Source of the DNA: Bacteroidota bacterium
GTDB taxonomy: Bacteria > Bacteroidota > Ignavibacteria > UBA10030 > UBA6906
DNA: 64,000 nt
Reading direction: 5' to 3'
Assembly (NCBI GenBank): GCA_036397975.1
Contig: DASWHW010000056.1
Location: 766-64,765 of the forward strand
This document shows positions 37,910-48,216 of the stretch, one piece after another. The notes under the pieces were generated by a model. That model saw nothing but the letters and a program-made list of their open reading frames with translations. It did not search any database and was not told the origin of the DNA. The translations under genes and the position numbers were made by a program. How positions within the stretch are numbered: the first letter of the stretch is position 1; each line of letters begins with the position of its first letter.

Positions 37910-38821
37910 ATGAATATTTTCAACAGGCTTGTTGTTGCGTTTGTCCCGGCAGTCCCAAAACAAATCGTTCGTCGATTCGCGAATCGATATATCGCTGGAG
38001 AAACTCTGGATGAAGCTGTTGGCGTGGTACGCCAGTTGAACGAGCAGGGGATGATGGCAACCCTTGATGTTCTTGGTGAAGATATTACGACCCGCGAAGA
38101 AGCGACGGCGGCTGTGGTTGAATCGGAAGATGTCCTGCGTCGCATTGCATCGGAAAAACTCGACGCGAATCTATCCGTCAAGCTGTCTTCCATCGGACTC
38201 AAGCTGGACAAAAGTTTCTGTCTTGACAACACAAGAAAAATCGTTCAAACTGCCCGCTCGCTGAATAATTTCGTGCGTATAGACATGGAGGACTCTACCT
38301 GCACGACGGACACGATCGACATTTACACCAAACTGAGCAAGGAAATGAAGAATGTCGGGATTGTTCTGCAGGCGTATATGAAGAGGAGCGCGGCGGATAC
38401 GGCCAAATTTGTTCCAACAAAGTCTAACGTTCGCTTGTGTAAGGGGATTTACAATGAGTCGCCCGAAATTGCTTTCAAGGAATATGACGAAATAAACAAG
38501 AACTACGTTTCGTTATTGCGGACAATGCTCGAAGGGAAATGTTACGTGGGAATCGCCACCCACGATACGCCACTTGTCGAATCGGCGTTCCAAATCATTC
38601 GTGAAATGAATTTGCAGCACAATGAATATGAATTCCAAATGCTGCTTGGCGTACGGAAGGATCTTCGCGATTCCATTGTACGGGCCGGTCACCGCATGCG
38701 TATCTACGTACCATTTGGAAAAGATTGGTATGGCTACTCCATTCGACGTTTCAGAGAAAACCCACAGGTTGCAGGCCAGGTATTCAGAAGCATTGTTTTT
38801 CCCTGGAATTCACATTCATAA
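37910..38821 (+). CDS. Monofunctional proline dehydrogenase
   Basis: RRFANRYIAGET, FVRIDMED, VRLCKGIY, IATHD, EFQMLLG, YVPFG...YSIRR. Confidence 0.93.
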   Translation: MNIFNRLVVAFVPAVPKQIVRRFANRYIAGETLDEAVGVVRQLNEQGMMATLDVLGEDITTREEATAAVVESEDVLRRIASEKLDANLSVKLSSIGLKLDKSFCLDNTRKIVQTARSLNNFVRIDMEDSTCTTDTIDIYTKLSKEMKNVGIVLQAYMKRSAADTAKFVPTKSNVRLCKGIYNESPEIAFKEYDEINKNYVSLLRTMLEGKCYVGIATHDTPLVESAFQIIREMNLQHNEYEFQMLLGVRKDLRDSIVRAGHRMRIYVPFGKDWYGYSIRRFRENPQVAGQVFRSIVFPWNSHS

Positions 38822-38867
38822 TTGAGTAGCCTCACCTTCGTACTCATTCACCAACACAGGAGCCAGC

Positions 38868-40856
38868 ATGGCTGATTCATCGAAAGAATTCAAACCATTC
38901 ATTCCGGCGTTGCAAGTGATACCGGAGTTCTCGCCGAAAGCAATTGTGTTGGGGGCGTTGTTCGGGATTATTTTCGGTGCGGCGACCGTCTACCTTGCCT
39001 TGCGGGCAGGGCTGACCGTCTCGGCATCGATTCCCATCGCTGTTCTTGCGATCGCAGTGTTTAAGCGTTTTGGCAAGGCGACCATTCTTGAGAACAACAT
39101 CGTCCAGACAATTGGCTCGGCGGGCGAATCTGTTGCGGCGGGGGTCGTCTTTACAATTCCTGCACTGATATTCCTCACGGGAGGTGAAGCGTTCTTCAAC
39201 TACTTCAACATTTTCACCCTTGCACTCGTCGGCGGTATTCTTGGCGTGTTGTTTATGGTGCCGCTGAGACGATCCCTGATTGTAAAAGAGCATGGGCTTC
39301 TTCCATATCCTGAAGGGACTGCATGTGCCGAGGTCCTGGTGGCGGGAGAAAAGGGGGGATCGATGGCGGGAAAAGTGTTTGCCGGCCTCGGCATTGCTTT
39401 TGCCTACAAGACCCTTATGAGTGTCGTGGGTCTCTGGAAAGATGTTCCGGCATACGTCACCTCTCGATCCTCGGTCTATCCGAATGCAACGGTAAATGGC
39501 GAGATTACTCCCGAGTATCTTGGTGTGGGATATATTATTGGACCGAAAATCGCCGGCACCATCGTCGCGGGTGGCGTGCTTTCCTGGTTGATGCTCATTC
39601 CGATGATTACCTTCTTCGGCGATGGATTGCAGATGGCACTAAAACCCGGATGGGCAGGCAAGCTGATTTCTGAAATGTCTCCCGGAGAAATCTATCGCGG
39701 CTATGTTCGCTACATTGGAGCAGGTGCGGTTGCCGCTGCGGGACTCATTACTCTTATCCGTACTCTTCCCACAATAGTTTCAGCATTCAAGGAAAGCTTC
39801 TCCAGTCTGAAGGATCTCAAATCCGGAAAGGCGCAATCACGCACGGAACGTGATATTCCGATTACATACGTAATCGTCGGGTCCTTGATCCTTGTCCTTA
39901 TCATTGCTCTTCTTCCGCAACTTCCCGGAACCTTCCCCGGAACACTCATCATGGGGATACTGGTAGTTGTCTTTGGATTCTTCTTCGTAACGGTGAGTTC
40001 TCGGATTGTTGGCATTATCGGTTCTTCATCAAACCCCATTAGTGGAATGACAATCGCGACGTTGATGGCAACTTGCCTGATCTTCGTCTCGCTCGGATGG
40101 ACAAGCGACATTTATCAATCGCTGGCGTTGGCTGTTGGCGGCATCGTGTGCATTGCAGCGGCAAATGCCGGAGCAACGAGCCAAGACCTGAAAACAGGGT
40201 ACATTGTCGGCGCCACGCCGATATACCAGCAGATTGGTCTTCTCATCGGGGTCGTCGTTTCAACGTTCGTTATCGGGTGGACTCTGCAGACGCTTGATCA
40301 TTCAATGCAGTTTGAAGGAGTTGAACATGCTATCGGCACAGCGCGATATGCGGCGCCGCAAGCAACATTGATGGCAACGATCATCAAAGGTCTTCTTGCG
40401 CAAGATCTCCCCTGGGCGCTTGTCTTCATCGGGATGTTTATCTCTGTGGTTATTGAACTCTGCGGTATTCGCTCGTTGTCCTTTGCGGTCGGTGCCTACC
40501 TGCCTCTTGCAACCACGGCCCCGATTTTTGTTGGTGGGTTAATGAAGGCACTCGTGGATAAAATTTCCGGCACCAAAGAAGAATCGGAAATCAGTTCTGG
40601 CATGCTTTATAGCACGGGACTTGTTGCCGGCGGATCGCTTACCGGTATCCTTATAGCGTTGTTGAGTAGTATTGGTGTGATGGCAATGGTCAATGGAGAA
40701 TCGCATGAAATCTCCCTTATCCAGAGCATCCTTGACTCTGTTGGCGTTCACGGCTGGGAGCATCTTGGTGCGGCTGCCGACTTGATCGGGCTCGTGATGT
40801 TTGGCCTCCTCTGTTTGATGCTTGTCCGGTCAGGTTTGAAAAAGGTCGAAGGGTAA
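38868..40856 (+). CDS. OPT-family oligopeptide transporter (copy 1)
   Basis: SASIPIAV, LENNIVQT, PYPEGTACAE, NPISGMTIAT, SQDLKTG, APQATLM. Confidence 0.93.
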   Translation: MADSSKEFKPFIPALQVIPEFSPKAIVLGALFGIIFGAATVYLALRAGLTVSASIPIAVLAIAVFKRFGKATILENNIVQTIGSAGESVAAGVVFTIPALIFLTGGEAFFNYFNIFTLALVGGILGVLFMVPLRRSLIVKEHGLLPYPEGTACAEVLVAGEKGGSMAGKVFAGLGIAFAYKTLMSVVGLWKDVPAYVTSRSSVYPNATVNGEITPEYLGVGYIIGPKIAGTIVAGGVLSWLMLIPMITFFGDGLQMALKPGWAGKLISEMSPGEIYRGYVRYIGAGAVAAAGLITLIRTLPTIVSAFKESFSSLKDLKSGKAQSRTERDIPITYVIVGSLILVLIIALLPQLPGTFPGTLIMGILVVVFGFFFVTVSSRIVGIIGSSSNPISGMTIATLMATCLIFVSLGWTSDIYQSLALAVGGIVCIAAANAGATSQDLKTGYIVGATPIYQQIGLLIGVVVSTFVIGWTLQTLDHSMQFEGVEHAIGTARYAAPQATLMATIIKGLLAQDLPWALVFIGMFISVVIELCGIRSLSFAVGAYLPLATTAPIFVGGLMKALVDKISGTKEESEISSGMLYSTGLVAGGSLTGILIALLSSIGVMAMVNGESHEISLIQSILDSVGVHGWEHLGAAADLIGLVMFGLLCLMLVRSGLKKVEG

Positions 40857-40874
40857 CGTACCGCAGTAATCGAC

Positions 40875-40908
40875 AAGGGGCGCGCTGCTTCGCAGCGGCG
40901 CCCTTTTT
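40875..40908 (+). terminator. Intrinsic terminator after OPT copy 1
   Basis: GGGCGC-GCTGC-TTC-GCAGC-GGCGCCC followed by TTTTT. Confidence 0.8.
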
Positions 40909-40960
40909 GTTGAGACCACGCGATGAATTTTATGCTATGAATTTTATGATTGAGCAGCAT

Positions 40961-43138
40961 ATGCCGACTCAATATCGCATCATTCCTCTCGTTCTTCTCC
41001 TGCTTGGCGCTTTCTCCCCATCCCCGGCGCAGGAGAACAAGTGGAATCTTGAGGAGATCTTTTCTTCAACAACCTTCAGCCAGAAATCTCTCTCTGGTGT
41101 GGAGTGGGTTGATGGGGGAAAGAAGATCTCCTATCTGGATACGGTTTCGACCTTCCGATCAATCTACACGCTTGACTTTTCCGATGGTGAGCGAGAGCTC
41201 GTTCTTGATGGCCGACTTCTGAAGGCCAACGATAGCACTGAGGTATTCCGGATTGGAGCCTATGTTTGGTCACCCGATGAACACTCGATTCTTGTGACCG
41301 GGACCCTTCCCGCACGAAGGACAAAGACCGGGGGAAATTTTGGCCTGTTCGATATCGAGGCGAAAACATTTCGACTCCTCACAAACACAGATGAACCACA
41401 ATCCATCATCCAATTTTCTCCGGATGGGAATTCTATTGGATTCGTCCGTTCCAATAATATTTTCGTAGTGGACGTCGAGTCAGGAATTGAAAAGCAATTG
41501 ACCGTTGACGGTTCCGATGAAACCCTGAATGGCAATTTCGATTGGGTGTATGAGGAGGAGTTTAAGGTCATTACCGGATGGGAGTGGTCTCCCGATGGTA
41601 AACGAATTGCCTTTTGGCACCTTGATGTTTCCAATGAGCCGGAGTTCCCCATCGTTCGGTATCCAAGGGACAGCGCTCATGCCGACCTCCGCATGATGAA
41701 GTATCCCAAGCCCGGGGACCCTGTCGCGGAAGTACGGATTGGTGTCGTGAATGTTGCGGACGGCGACGTGCGATGGATTGACCTCGGCCCCACAAAGGAT
41801 GTTTATGTCCCTCGTATTCAATGGACACGCAATCCCGAAGTCTTGTCCGTTCAAAAAATTAACCGGATGCAGGATACGCTACAACTTCTTCTTGCGGATA
41901 TCGAGACCGGCTCCGTGACTCAAGTGTTGGAGGAAACTTCTGATGGTTGGATCTTCGTTCACAACAACCTCAGGTTTCTTGAGAGGACAGAGCAGTTCAT
42001 CTGGACATCCAATCGTGACGGGTACAATCATGTGTATCTCTATAACCTCGACGGCACCCTGGTGAAACAGCTGACGAAGGGTGAGTGGGAAGTGACCGAG
42101 ATTCTTGAGGTCAACGAACGAAGGCGGCTTGTCTATTTTGTAGGAACAAAAAACTCACCGCTCGAACGGCATCTCTACTCAGTCAGGCTGGATGGCTCCC
42201 GGACCACGACGATTACGAAAGAGCCGGGGACTCACGATATCTCTCTGTCACCCGATTTTTTGGTGTACCTTGACGCCTTCTCCAGCACAACGCGCCCTTC
42301 CCAATCAGCTATCTACACCAACGATGGCACGCGCGTTGCGACCCTCGTGGAGAATACTCGAGATGTGTTGAGAGGCTACGCCATCAGCGAACAGCAGTTT
42401 TTCTCTTTCACCACGTTGGACAACGTTGCTCTTAATGGCTGGATGATCAAGCCGCATGACTTCGATCCGAAAAAGAAATATCCCGTATTGATGTTTGTCT
42501 ACGGAGGCCCCGGTTCGCAGACGGTGAAAAACATGTGGGGGAGCACTTCGTTTTACTGGTATCAATTACTCGCGCAGAATGGATATTTTATCGTGAGCAT
42601 CGATAACCGCGGCACGGGGGCAAGGGGGAGAGACTTCATGCAGACAACGCTCAAGCAACTCGGCGTGTGGGAGACGCATGATCAGATTGAAGGGGCGAGA
42701 TATCTTGCGTCGCTTCCGTATATCGACAGCACGCGGATTGGGATATGGGGATGGAGTTATGGTGGATACATGACCTGTATGGCGATGACCCTCGGCGCGG
42801 AGTATTTCAAGGTTGGCGTTGCGGGGGCTCCGGTAACACACTGGAGATACTACGATGCGATCTATACTGAACGTTACATGAAAAGTCTTGAGAGCAACCC
42901 GAACGGCTATGAAGAATCTTCTCCCATAACGCACGCGAGTGAACTAAAAGGGAATCTCTTGATTGTGCATGGCACGGAGGACGATAACGTACACTGGCAG
43001 AACACGATTGCTTTTGTGGACGAACTTATCCGCCAGCGAAAACAGGTGAGCACCATGTTTTACCCTGGCAAGACGCACAGCGTGCGCGGGCTACACCTGT
43101 ACACTTTGATTACGGATTTTCTTCTAAAGCATCTCTGA
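40961..43138 (+). CDS. S9B dipeptidyl-peptidase IV family, exported
   Basis: Signal peptide; DWVYEEE, VYGGPGSQ, GIWGWSYGG, HGTEDDNVH. Confidence 0.95.
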   Translation: MPTQYRIIPLVLLLLGAFSPSPAQENKWNLEEIFSSTTFSQKSLSGVEWVDGGKKISYLDTVSTFRSIYTLDFSDGERELVLDGRLLKANDSTEVFRIGAYVWSPDEHSILVTGTLPARRTKTGGNFGLFDIEAKTFRLLTNTDEPQSIIQFSPDGNSIGFVRSNNIFVVDVESGIEKQLTVDGSDETLNGNFDWVYEEEFKVITGWEWSPDGKRIAFWHLDVSNEPEFPIVRYPRDSAHADLRMMKYPKPGDPVAEVRIGVVNVADGDVRWIDLGPTKDVYVPRIQWTRNPEVLSVQKINRMQDTLQLLLADIETGSVTQVLEETSDGWIFVHNNLRFLERTEQFIWTSNRDGYNHVYLYNLDGTLVKQLTKGEWEVTEILEVNERRRLVYFVGTKNSPLERHLYSVRLDGSRTTTITKEPGTHDISLSPDFLVYLDAFSSTTRPSQSAIYTNDGTRVATLVENTRDVLRGYAISEQQFFSFTTLDNVALNGWMIKPHDFDPKKKYPVLMFVYGGPGSQTVKNMWGSTSFYWYQLLAQNGYFIVSIDNRGTGARGRDFMQTTLKQLGVWETHDQIEGARYLASLPYIDSTRIGIWGWSYGGYMTCMAMTLGAEYFKVGVAGAPVTHWRYYDAIYTERYMKSLESNPNGYEESSPITHASELKGNLLIVHGTEDDNVHWQNTIAFVDELIRQRKQVSTMFYPGKTHSVRGLHLYTLITDFLLKHL

Positions 43139-43285
43139 CGACGATGGCAAAAGCGGCGATGATTCATTGAAATCCCATCAAGGTTCCGAATAGCCACTCC
43201 CCCTTTTGTCCTGTGGATAATTCCCTGATTTTTCCTACCTTTTTGCAATCAATTCCCTTCATACCCCACAAATCAGAAGTCGACG

Positions 43286-45412
43286 ATGCATAATGCTTCG
43301 AGCGAGGCGGTGAAGCCATTCACGCCATACATTCTTCCTGAGAAATCGGTTCTTGAGTTGAGCCTCCGTGGTATTGTGCTTGGAGCGATTCTCGGAATTG
43401 TCTTTGGGGCCGCTTCGGTCTACCTGGGTCTTCGTGTTGGACTGACAACCTCGGCATCGATTCCTATCGCAGTCATGGCAATAACGATTCTGAAGAAGAT
43501 GCATGGCAATACGGTGTTGGAAAACAACATCGTGCAGACCGTTGGCTCGGCCGGAGAATCGATTGCGGCGGCGGTGGTGTTTACCGTGCCGGCGCTGATC
43601 TTTCTCGGATTCCCGCTGCAAATGTCCATCACGCTGCTGATCGCTCTCACCGGCGGGGTTCTCGGCGTGTTGATGATGATCCCGCTCCGGCGATATCTAA
43701 TCGTTAAGGAACACGATACGCTCCGATTTCCCGAAGGCACCGCGTGCGCAGAAATCATTAAAGCGGGAGAAGTCGGCGGCACATCCGCAACAAAGATCTT
43801 TCGCGGCATCTATCTCGGCGCCGTATGGAAAGCATTTCCGACGCTCTTCGGATTCTGGCAGCCGAGTGTTGAGAAGCATATTCCATTCTATCGCGGCTCT
43901 TCGTGGGCGATGGATGCGGCTCCTGAGCTCATGGGAGTAGGATATATTATCGGTTGGCAGACATCGTTGATAATGGTCGGCGGCGGTTTAATGGCGTCAT
44001 TCATCATCTCGCCGATCATCGCCTTCATCGGTCAAGCAGTGACAACACCCATCTATCCAGGCCCGATTCCGATCGGCGACATGACAACGAGCGACATATG
44101 GCGATACTATATTCGCTATATGGGGGCCGGCGCAGTGGCAACCGGCGGCATTATCGGTCTGCTGCGGGCCTCACCTGCTATTCTCGATTCGCTTCGCTCG
44201 TCAATACGCCAGCTAACACTTGAGCGTGGGGAAAACGGAGGAGGATCTGCGATTCTTCGTACGGAGCATGACACGCCAATTACTGTGGTGGGTATTGGGT
44301 CACTCCTGATTGCAGTGTTTATCTGGCTTGTTCCCGTTTTCCAGATGAATCTCCTTGGGGCAATTCTTATTGTTCTTTTTGGATTTCTGTTTTCTGTTGT
44401 CTCTGCTCGGATCACCGGGATCGTGGGTTCTTCCTCCAGCCCTCTTTCCGGGATGACGATTGCCGTATTGATCGGTACGTGCTTGATTTTCCTTGCGGTC
44501 GGGTGGAGCGGTCAGTCGTATACGTATCTGGCGTTGATCGTTGGTGCTGTGGTGTGTATTGCCATTAGTAATGCCGGGACAACTGCGCAGGATCTCAAGA
44601 CCGGACACTTGCTTGGAGCGACGCCTCGCTCGCAGCAGCTTGCATTACTGATCGGCGTCGTAACCTCAGCGTCGATCGTTGGCATCACAATGCTCTTGTT
44701 GAATGAAAGCATTGCACGTGAAGTTTCATTAACACAACCGTTCACGGTTCAGGCAGAGATGACTGATCGGGCAGAGTCCATTGTTGGCAAGGATGGGAAC
44801 AACTACCTCTTTGTGAAAGTGGTTGACGTCGAAGGAATTGCGCCCGGGAATTACCTTGTTGATCCATCGACGATGATGGCGAAGTATCAACGCATCGATG
44901 GAATCGGAACGCAGGATCTCCCGGCTCCACAATCAAACCTGATGGCCGTTCTGATCAGCGGTTTGCTTGAGCAGAAACTTCCATGGGGACTCATCATCAT
45001 CGGTGCGTGCATTGCGCTGTTCATGGAATTGATCGGAATGCATTCATTGACCTTCTCGGTCGGTTTCTATCTACCGCTGTCATCAACATTTCCGATTTTT
45101 GTCGGCGGCATCATTCGAAAGATCGCGGACAAGCGGTACAAACGGAAACCCGATGCGGCTGATGAAAGCGAAGGAACGCTGCTTTCCTCGGGCTTGATCG
45201 CCGGTGGTGCCCTGCTCGGCGTCCTGGGGGCGTTCCTGAATTTCATCCCCGGCTTCGTCGATGATGAGACAGGTCTTCCTCTTCCCATCGCGTTCGGTTA
45301 TAGATTTCTTCCGTTCCTCTGGAACAATGACGTCCTGCCAATCTTGATGTTCGCCGTCCTTGGGTATATCTTGTTTAGGGGATCGGCCGATGCAAAGAAG
45401 GCAAAAGCGTAG
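43286..45412 (+). CDS. OPT-family oligopeptide transporter (copy 2)
   Basis: SASIPIAV, LENNIVQT, FPEGTACAE, SPLSGMTIA, AQDLKTG, APQSNLM. Confidence 0.93.
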   Translation: MHNASSEAVKPFTPYILPEKSVLELSLRGIVLGAILGIVFGAASVYLGLRVGLTTSASIPIAVMAITILKKMHGNTVLENNIVQTVGSAGESIAAAVVFTVPALIFLGFPLQMSITLLIALTGGVLGVLMMIPLRRYLIVKEHDTLRFPEGTACAEIIKAGEVGGTSATKIFRGIYLGAVWKAFPTLFGFWQPSVEKHIPFYRGSSWAMDAAPELMGVGYIIGWQTSLIMVGGGLMASFIISPIIAFIGQAVTTPIYPGPIPIGDMTTSDIWRYYIRYMGAGAVATGGIIGLLRASPAILDSLRSSIRQLTLERGENGGGSAILRTEHDTPITVVGIGSLLIAVFIWLVPVFQMNLLGAILIVLFGFLFSVVSARITGIVGSSSSPLSGMTIAVLIGTCLIFLAVGWSGQSYTYLALIVGAVVCIAISNAGTTAQDLKTGHLLGATPRSQQLALLIGVVTSASIVGITMLLLNESIAREVSLTQPFTVQAEMTDRAESIVGKDGNNYLFVKVVDVEGIAPGNYLVDPSTMMAKYQRIDGIGTQDLPAPQSNLMAVLISGLLEQKLPWGLIIIGACIALFMELIGMHSLTFSVGFYLPLSSTFPIFVGGIIRKIADKRYKRKPDAADESEGTLLSSGLIAGGALLGVLGAFLNFIPGFVDDETGLPLPIAFGYRFLPFLWNNDVLPILMFAVLGYILFRGSADAKKAKA

Positions 45413-45418
45413 ATTCCG

Positions 45419-45754
45419 ATGGAAGAGCTGATGAAAAGAAGGCCGGTCGGGCTCTATGCCTTTGAAGAACGACACGACATTGAAAATGGAATCCGATTAG
45501 TGATCCCACGCTTCAGGGACAGTCTTTTTGGGAAATGTTTTTCACGCATTGCTGTCCAGAAAGAGGATAAGTTGAATCTGGATGAATTCGGTTCCTTCGT
45601 CTACCGGTCCTGCGATGGTGGCACTACCATCAACGAAATAGCTGTAAGTCTTCGAACAAGATTCGGCGATTCGATAGAACCGCTGGAAGGACGATTGACT
45701 CTGTTTATTCAGGAATTATTTAAGAGAAACCTCATTACCTTTGTGAAGGAATGA
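45419..45754 (+). CDS. PqqD/RRE-family protein
   Basis: LNLDEFGSFVYRSCDGGTTINEIAVSLRTRFG...FIQELFKRNLI winged-helix pattern. Confidence 0.8.
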   Translation: MEELMKRRPVGLYAFEERHDIENGIRLVIPRFRDSLFGKCFSRIAVQKEDKLNLDEFGSFVYRSCDGGTTINEIAVSLRTRFGDSIEPLEGRLTLFIQELFKRNLITFVKE

Positions 45755-46146
45755 AGAAGCACCAATATGCAAAACACTTTACTGTTGAAGAAGCACGCAA
45801 GGAACTGACCATGGTGCACGCCCTCGCGAGCAAGATGGCGGAACTCAAGAAGATTCTGGACAGCAGGGGGTGGGATGTTCGTCGACACCAATACTTTGGT
45901 GGCATGGGGCCGAACGGTGACGGGAGTTTTCCGGCGGAGATGGAAACCCTCGTCGAGATTCTCATGCAACTGGAAAGCAAAGGTATCGTCGTGAAGGGGA
46001 TGGAGGATGGTCTGATCGATTTTCCCCATCTCCGGAAGGGCGGAGAGGAAGTGTTTCTTTGCTGGAAGGTGGGAGAAAACGACATCAACTTCTGGCACCA
46101 TTTGAATGACGGATTTGCGGGAAGAAAGAAGATCGAGGAACTGTAG
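45751..46146 (+). CDS. DUF2203-family protein
   Basis: FTVEEA...[15 protein letters not shown]...[12 protein letters not shown]...GFAGRK. Confidence 0.85.
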   Translation: MKKHQYAKHFTVEEARKELTMVHALASKMAELKKILDSRGWDVRRHQYFGGMGPNGDGSFPAEMETLVEILMQLESKGIVVKGMEDGLIDFPHLRKGGEEVFLCWKVGENDINFWHHLNDGFAGRKKIEEL

Positions 46147-48209
46147 TGCGAACATCGGAAGAACAGGCCGAGAAATTTTCACTAGTGTCGGATTACAAGC
46201 CGAGCGGAGACCAGCCGCAGGCTATCCGTGAACTGACCGAGGGATTGAAGCGGGGAGACATGCATCAAACGCTCCTCGGCGTGACAGGGAGTGGGAAGAC
46301 CTTTACCATCTCGAACGTCATTGCCAGTATCAATAAGCCGGTGCTGGTGATGTCGCACAACAAAACGCTTGCAGCGCAGCTTTATGCGGAGTTCAAGTCG
46401 TTCTTTCCGAAGGACCGCGTAGAATTCTTCATCAGCTATTACGACTATTACCAGCCGGAAGCATACGTTCCCTCCACCGACACCTACATTCAAAAGGATG
46501 CTTCAATCAACGAAGAGATTGATCGCCTCCGGTTGCGGACAACCAGCTCCCTCATCAGCGGCGAGAAAAACGTTATCGTCGTTGCATCGGTCAGTTGCAT
46601 CTACGGTATTGGCGCTCCGGATGAATGGGCAAGCCAGATCGTCGTGGTGCGGAAGGGAGAGAAGATTGAGCGGAATGACCTTCTCCGCAAGCTTCTCAAT
46701 ATTTTCTACGTTCGCAACGATTTCGAATTCGAACGAGGCACCATGCGTGTGCGCGGTGATGTGGTGGAAGTCATCCCTGGATACGAGAACGAAGAAGCCA
46801 TACGAATGGAGTTCTTCGGAGACGAAGTGGAAAAGATTTCATATATCAATAAGCTTGATGGCCATGTGTTGGGCGAGACCGACTATGAGGTGATTTATCC
46901 CGCAAAGCAATTCGTGACTTCAAGGGAAACCCTGGAAAGAGCATACAAGGGAATTGAAGAAGAATTGGAGGCACGTTTGCAGGAGTTGCGGGGTCAGAAT
47001 AAGCTCGTGGAAGCCCAACGGCTGGAACAGCGAACCCGATTTGATCTCGAGATGATGCGGGAGGTCGGCTATTGCTCAGGAATCGAAAACTATTCTCGCC
47101 ACATCGCGGGTCGTGCTCCCGGGTCTCGTCCCCATTGTTTACTCGATTACTTTCCTGAAGACTTTCTCCTGGTGATTGACGAGTCCCATGTGTCAGTCCC
47201 TCAGATCGGTGGCATGTACCACGGAGATCGATCACGAAAACTGACCCTCGTTGAGCACGGGTTCCGGCTTCCGTCGGCGTTGGACAACCGTCCGCTAACG
47301 TTTGAAGAATGGGAATCGATGGTAAAACAGATTATCTATGTGAGCGCAACACCTTCAGACTATGAGCTGCAGAAATCGAAAGGCGTGGTGGTTGAGCAGG
47401 TTATCCGTCCCACGGGGCTGATCGATCCGGAGGTGGAAGTCCGGCCGGTGAAAAATCAAATTGATGATTTGATTGCAGAGATCCGCACACGAACTGCAAA
47501 GAAAGAGCGTGTCCTGGTCACTACTCTCACCAAGAGAATGGCAGAAGATCTTACTGAGTACCTGACGGAAATCAATATCAAAGTCCGCTACATTCATTCC
47601 GAAGTCGACGCGTTGCAACGGGTCGAGACATTGCGCGACCTTCGCCTTGGAGATTTTGATGTGCTGGTAGGCGTCAATTTGCTGCGCGAAGGACTCGACC
47701 TTCCCGAGGTCTCCCTGGTAGCCATTCTCGATGCAGATAAGGAGGGATTCCTTCGCTCAGAACGTTCCCTGATTCAAACCGCAGGGCGGACCGCACGTAA
47801 TCTCAACGGTCGGGTAATCATGTATGCGGATACCATGACAGGCTCAATGCAGCGGATGATTGACGAAACCACTCGACGACGCACAAAGCAACTTGAATAC
47901 AACGCCGAGCATGGCATTTCTCCGCGAACCGTTTACAAAACTGTGGATGAAGTGATGGCATCCACCGCCGTTGCCGATGTCAAAGCCTCGCGGGATGCGC
48001 GCAGGGAAAGGGGCAAAATGCCTCTGGTTGCGGAATCGGTTGTCCGGTACCTCACCGCAGATCAGCGCAACGACCTCGTCGATGAGCTTCGCAAGGAAAT
48101 GATACGGGCGTCAAAGGATCTGGAGTTCGAGCGAGCCGCCCAGCTTCGCGATGAAATGAAAAAGCTTGAAGCGATGGAAACAAGAAAGGTCAGTCGCAAA
48201 AAATCCTGA
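46146..48209 (+). CDS. uvrB: Excinuclease ABC subunit B
   Basis: [41 protein letters not shown]-terminal UVR domain. Confidence 0.98.
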   Translation: MRTSEEQAEKFSLVSDYKPSGDQPQAIRELTEGLKRGDMHQTLLGVTGSGKTFTISNVIASINKPVLVMSHNKTLAAQLYAEFKSFFPKDRVEFFISYYDYYQPEAYVPSTDTYIQKDASINEEIDRLRLRTTSSLISGEKNVIVVASVSCIYGIGAPDEWASQIVVVRKGEKIERNDLLRKLLNIFYVRNDFEFERGTMRVRGDVVEVIPGYENEEAIRMEFFGDEVEKISYINKLDGHVLGETDYEVIYPAKQFVTSRETLERAYKGIEEELEARLQELRGQNKLVEAQRLEQRTRFDLEMMREVGYCSGIENYSRHIAGRAPGSRPHCLLDYFPEDFLLVIDESHVSVPQIGGMYHGDRSRKLTLVEHGFRLPSALDNRPLTFEEWESMVKQIIYVSATPSDYELQKSKGVVVEQVIRPTGLIDPEVEVRPVKNQIDDLIAEIRTRTAKKERVLVTTLTKRMAEDLTEYLTEINIKVRYIHSEVDALQRVETLRDLRLGDFDVLVGVNLLREGLDLPEVSLVAILDADKEGFLRSERSLIQTAGRTARNLNGRVIMYADTMTGSMQRMIDETTRRRTKQLEYNAEHGISPRTVYKTVDEVMASTAVADVKASRDARRERGKMPLVAESVVRYLTADQRNDLVDELRKEMIRASKDLEFERAAQLRDEMKKLEAMETRKVSRKKS

Positions 48210-48216
48210 GAGCAAC

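Noticed and set aside
37746-37913. 55-codon uORF whose stop overlaps the proline dehydrogenase ATG
   Set aside because: No RBS, no Pro run or recognisable leader-peptide bias; the region is better explained by RNA structure, though it is not excluded
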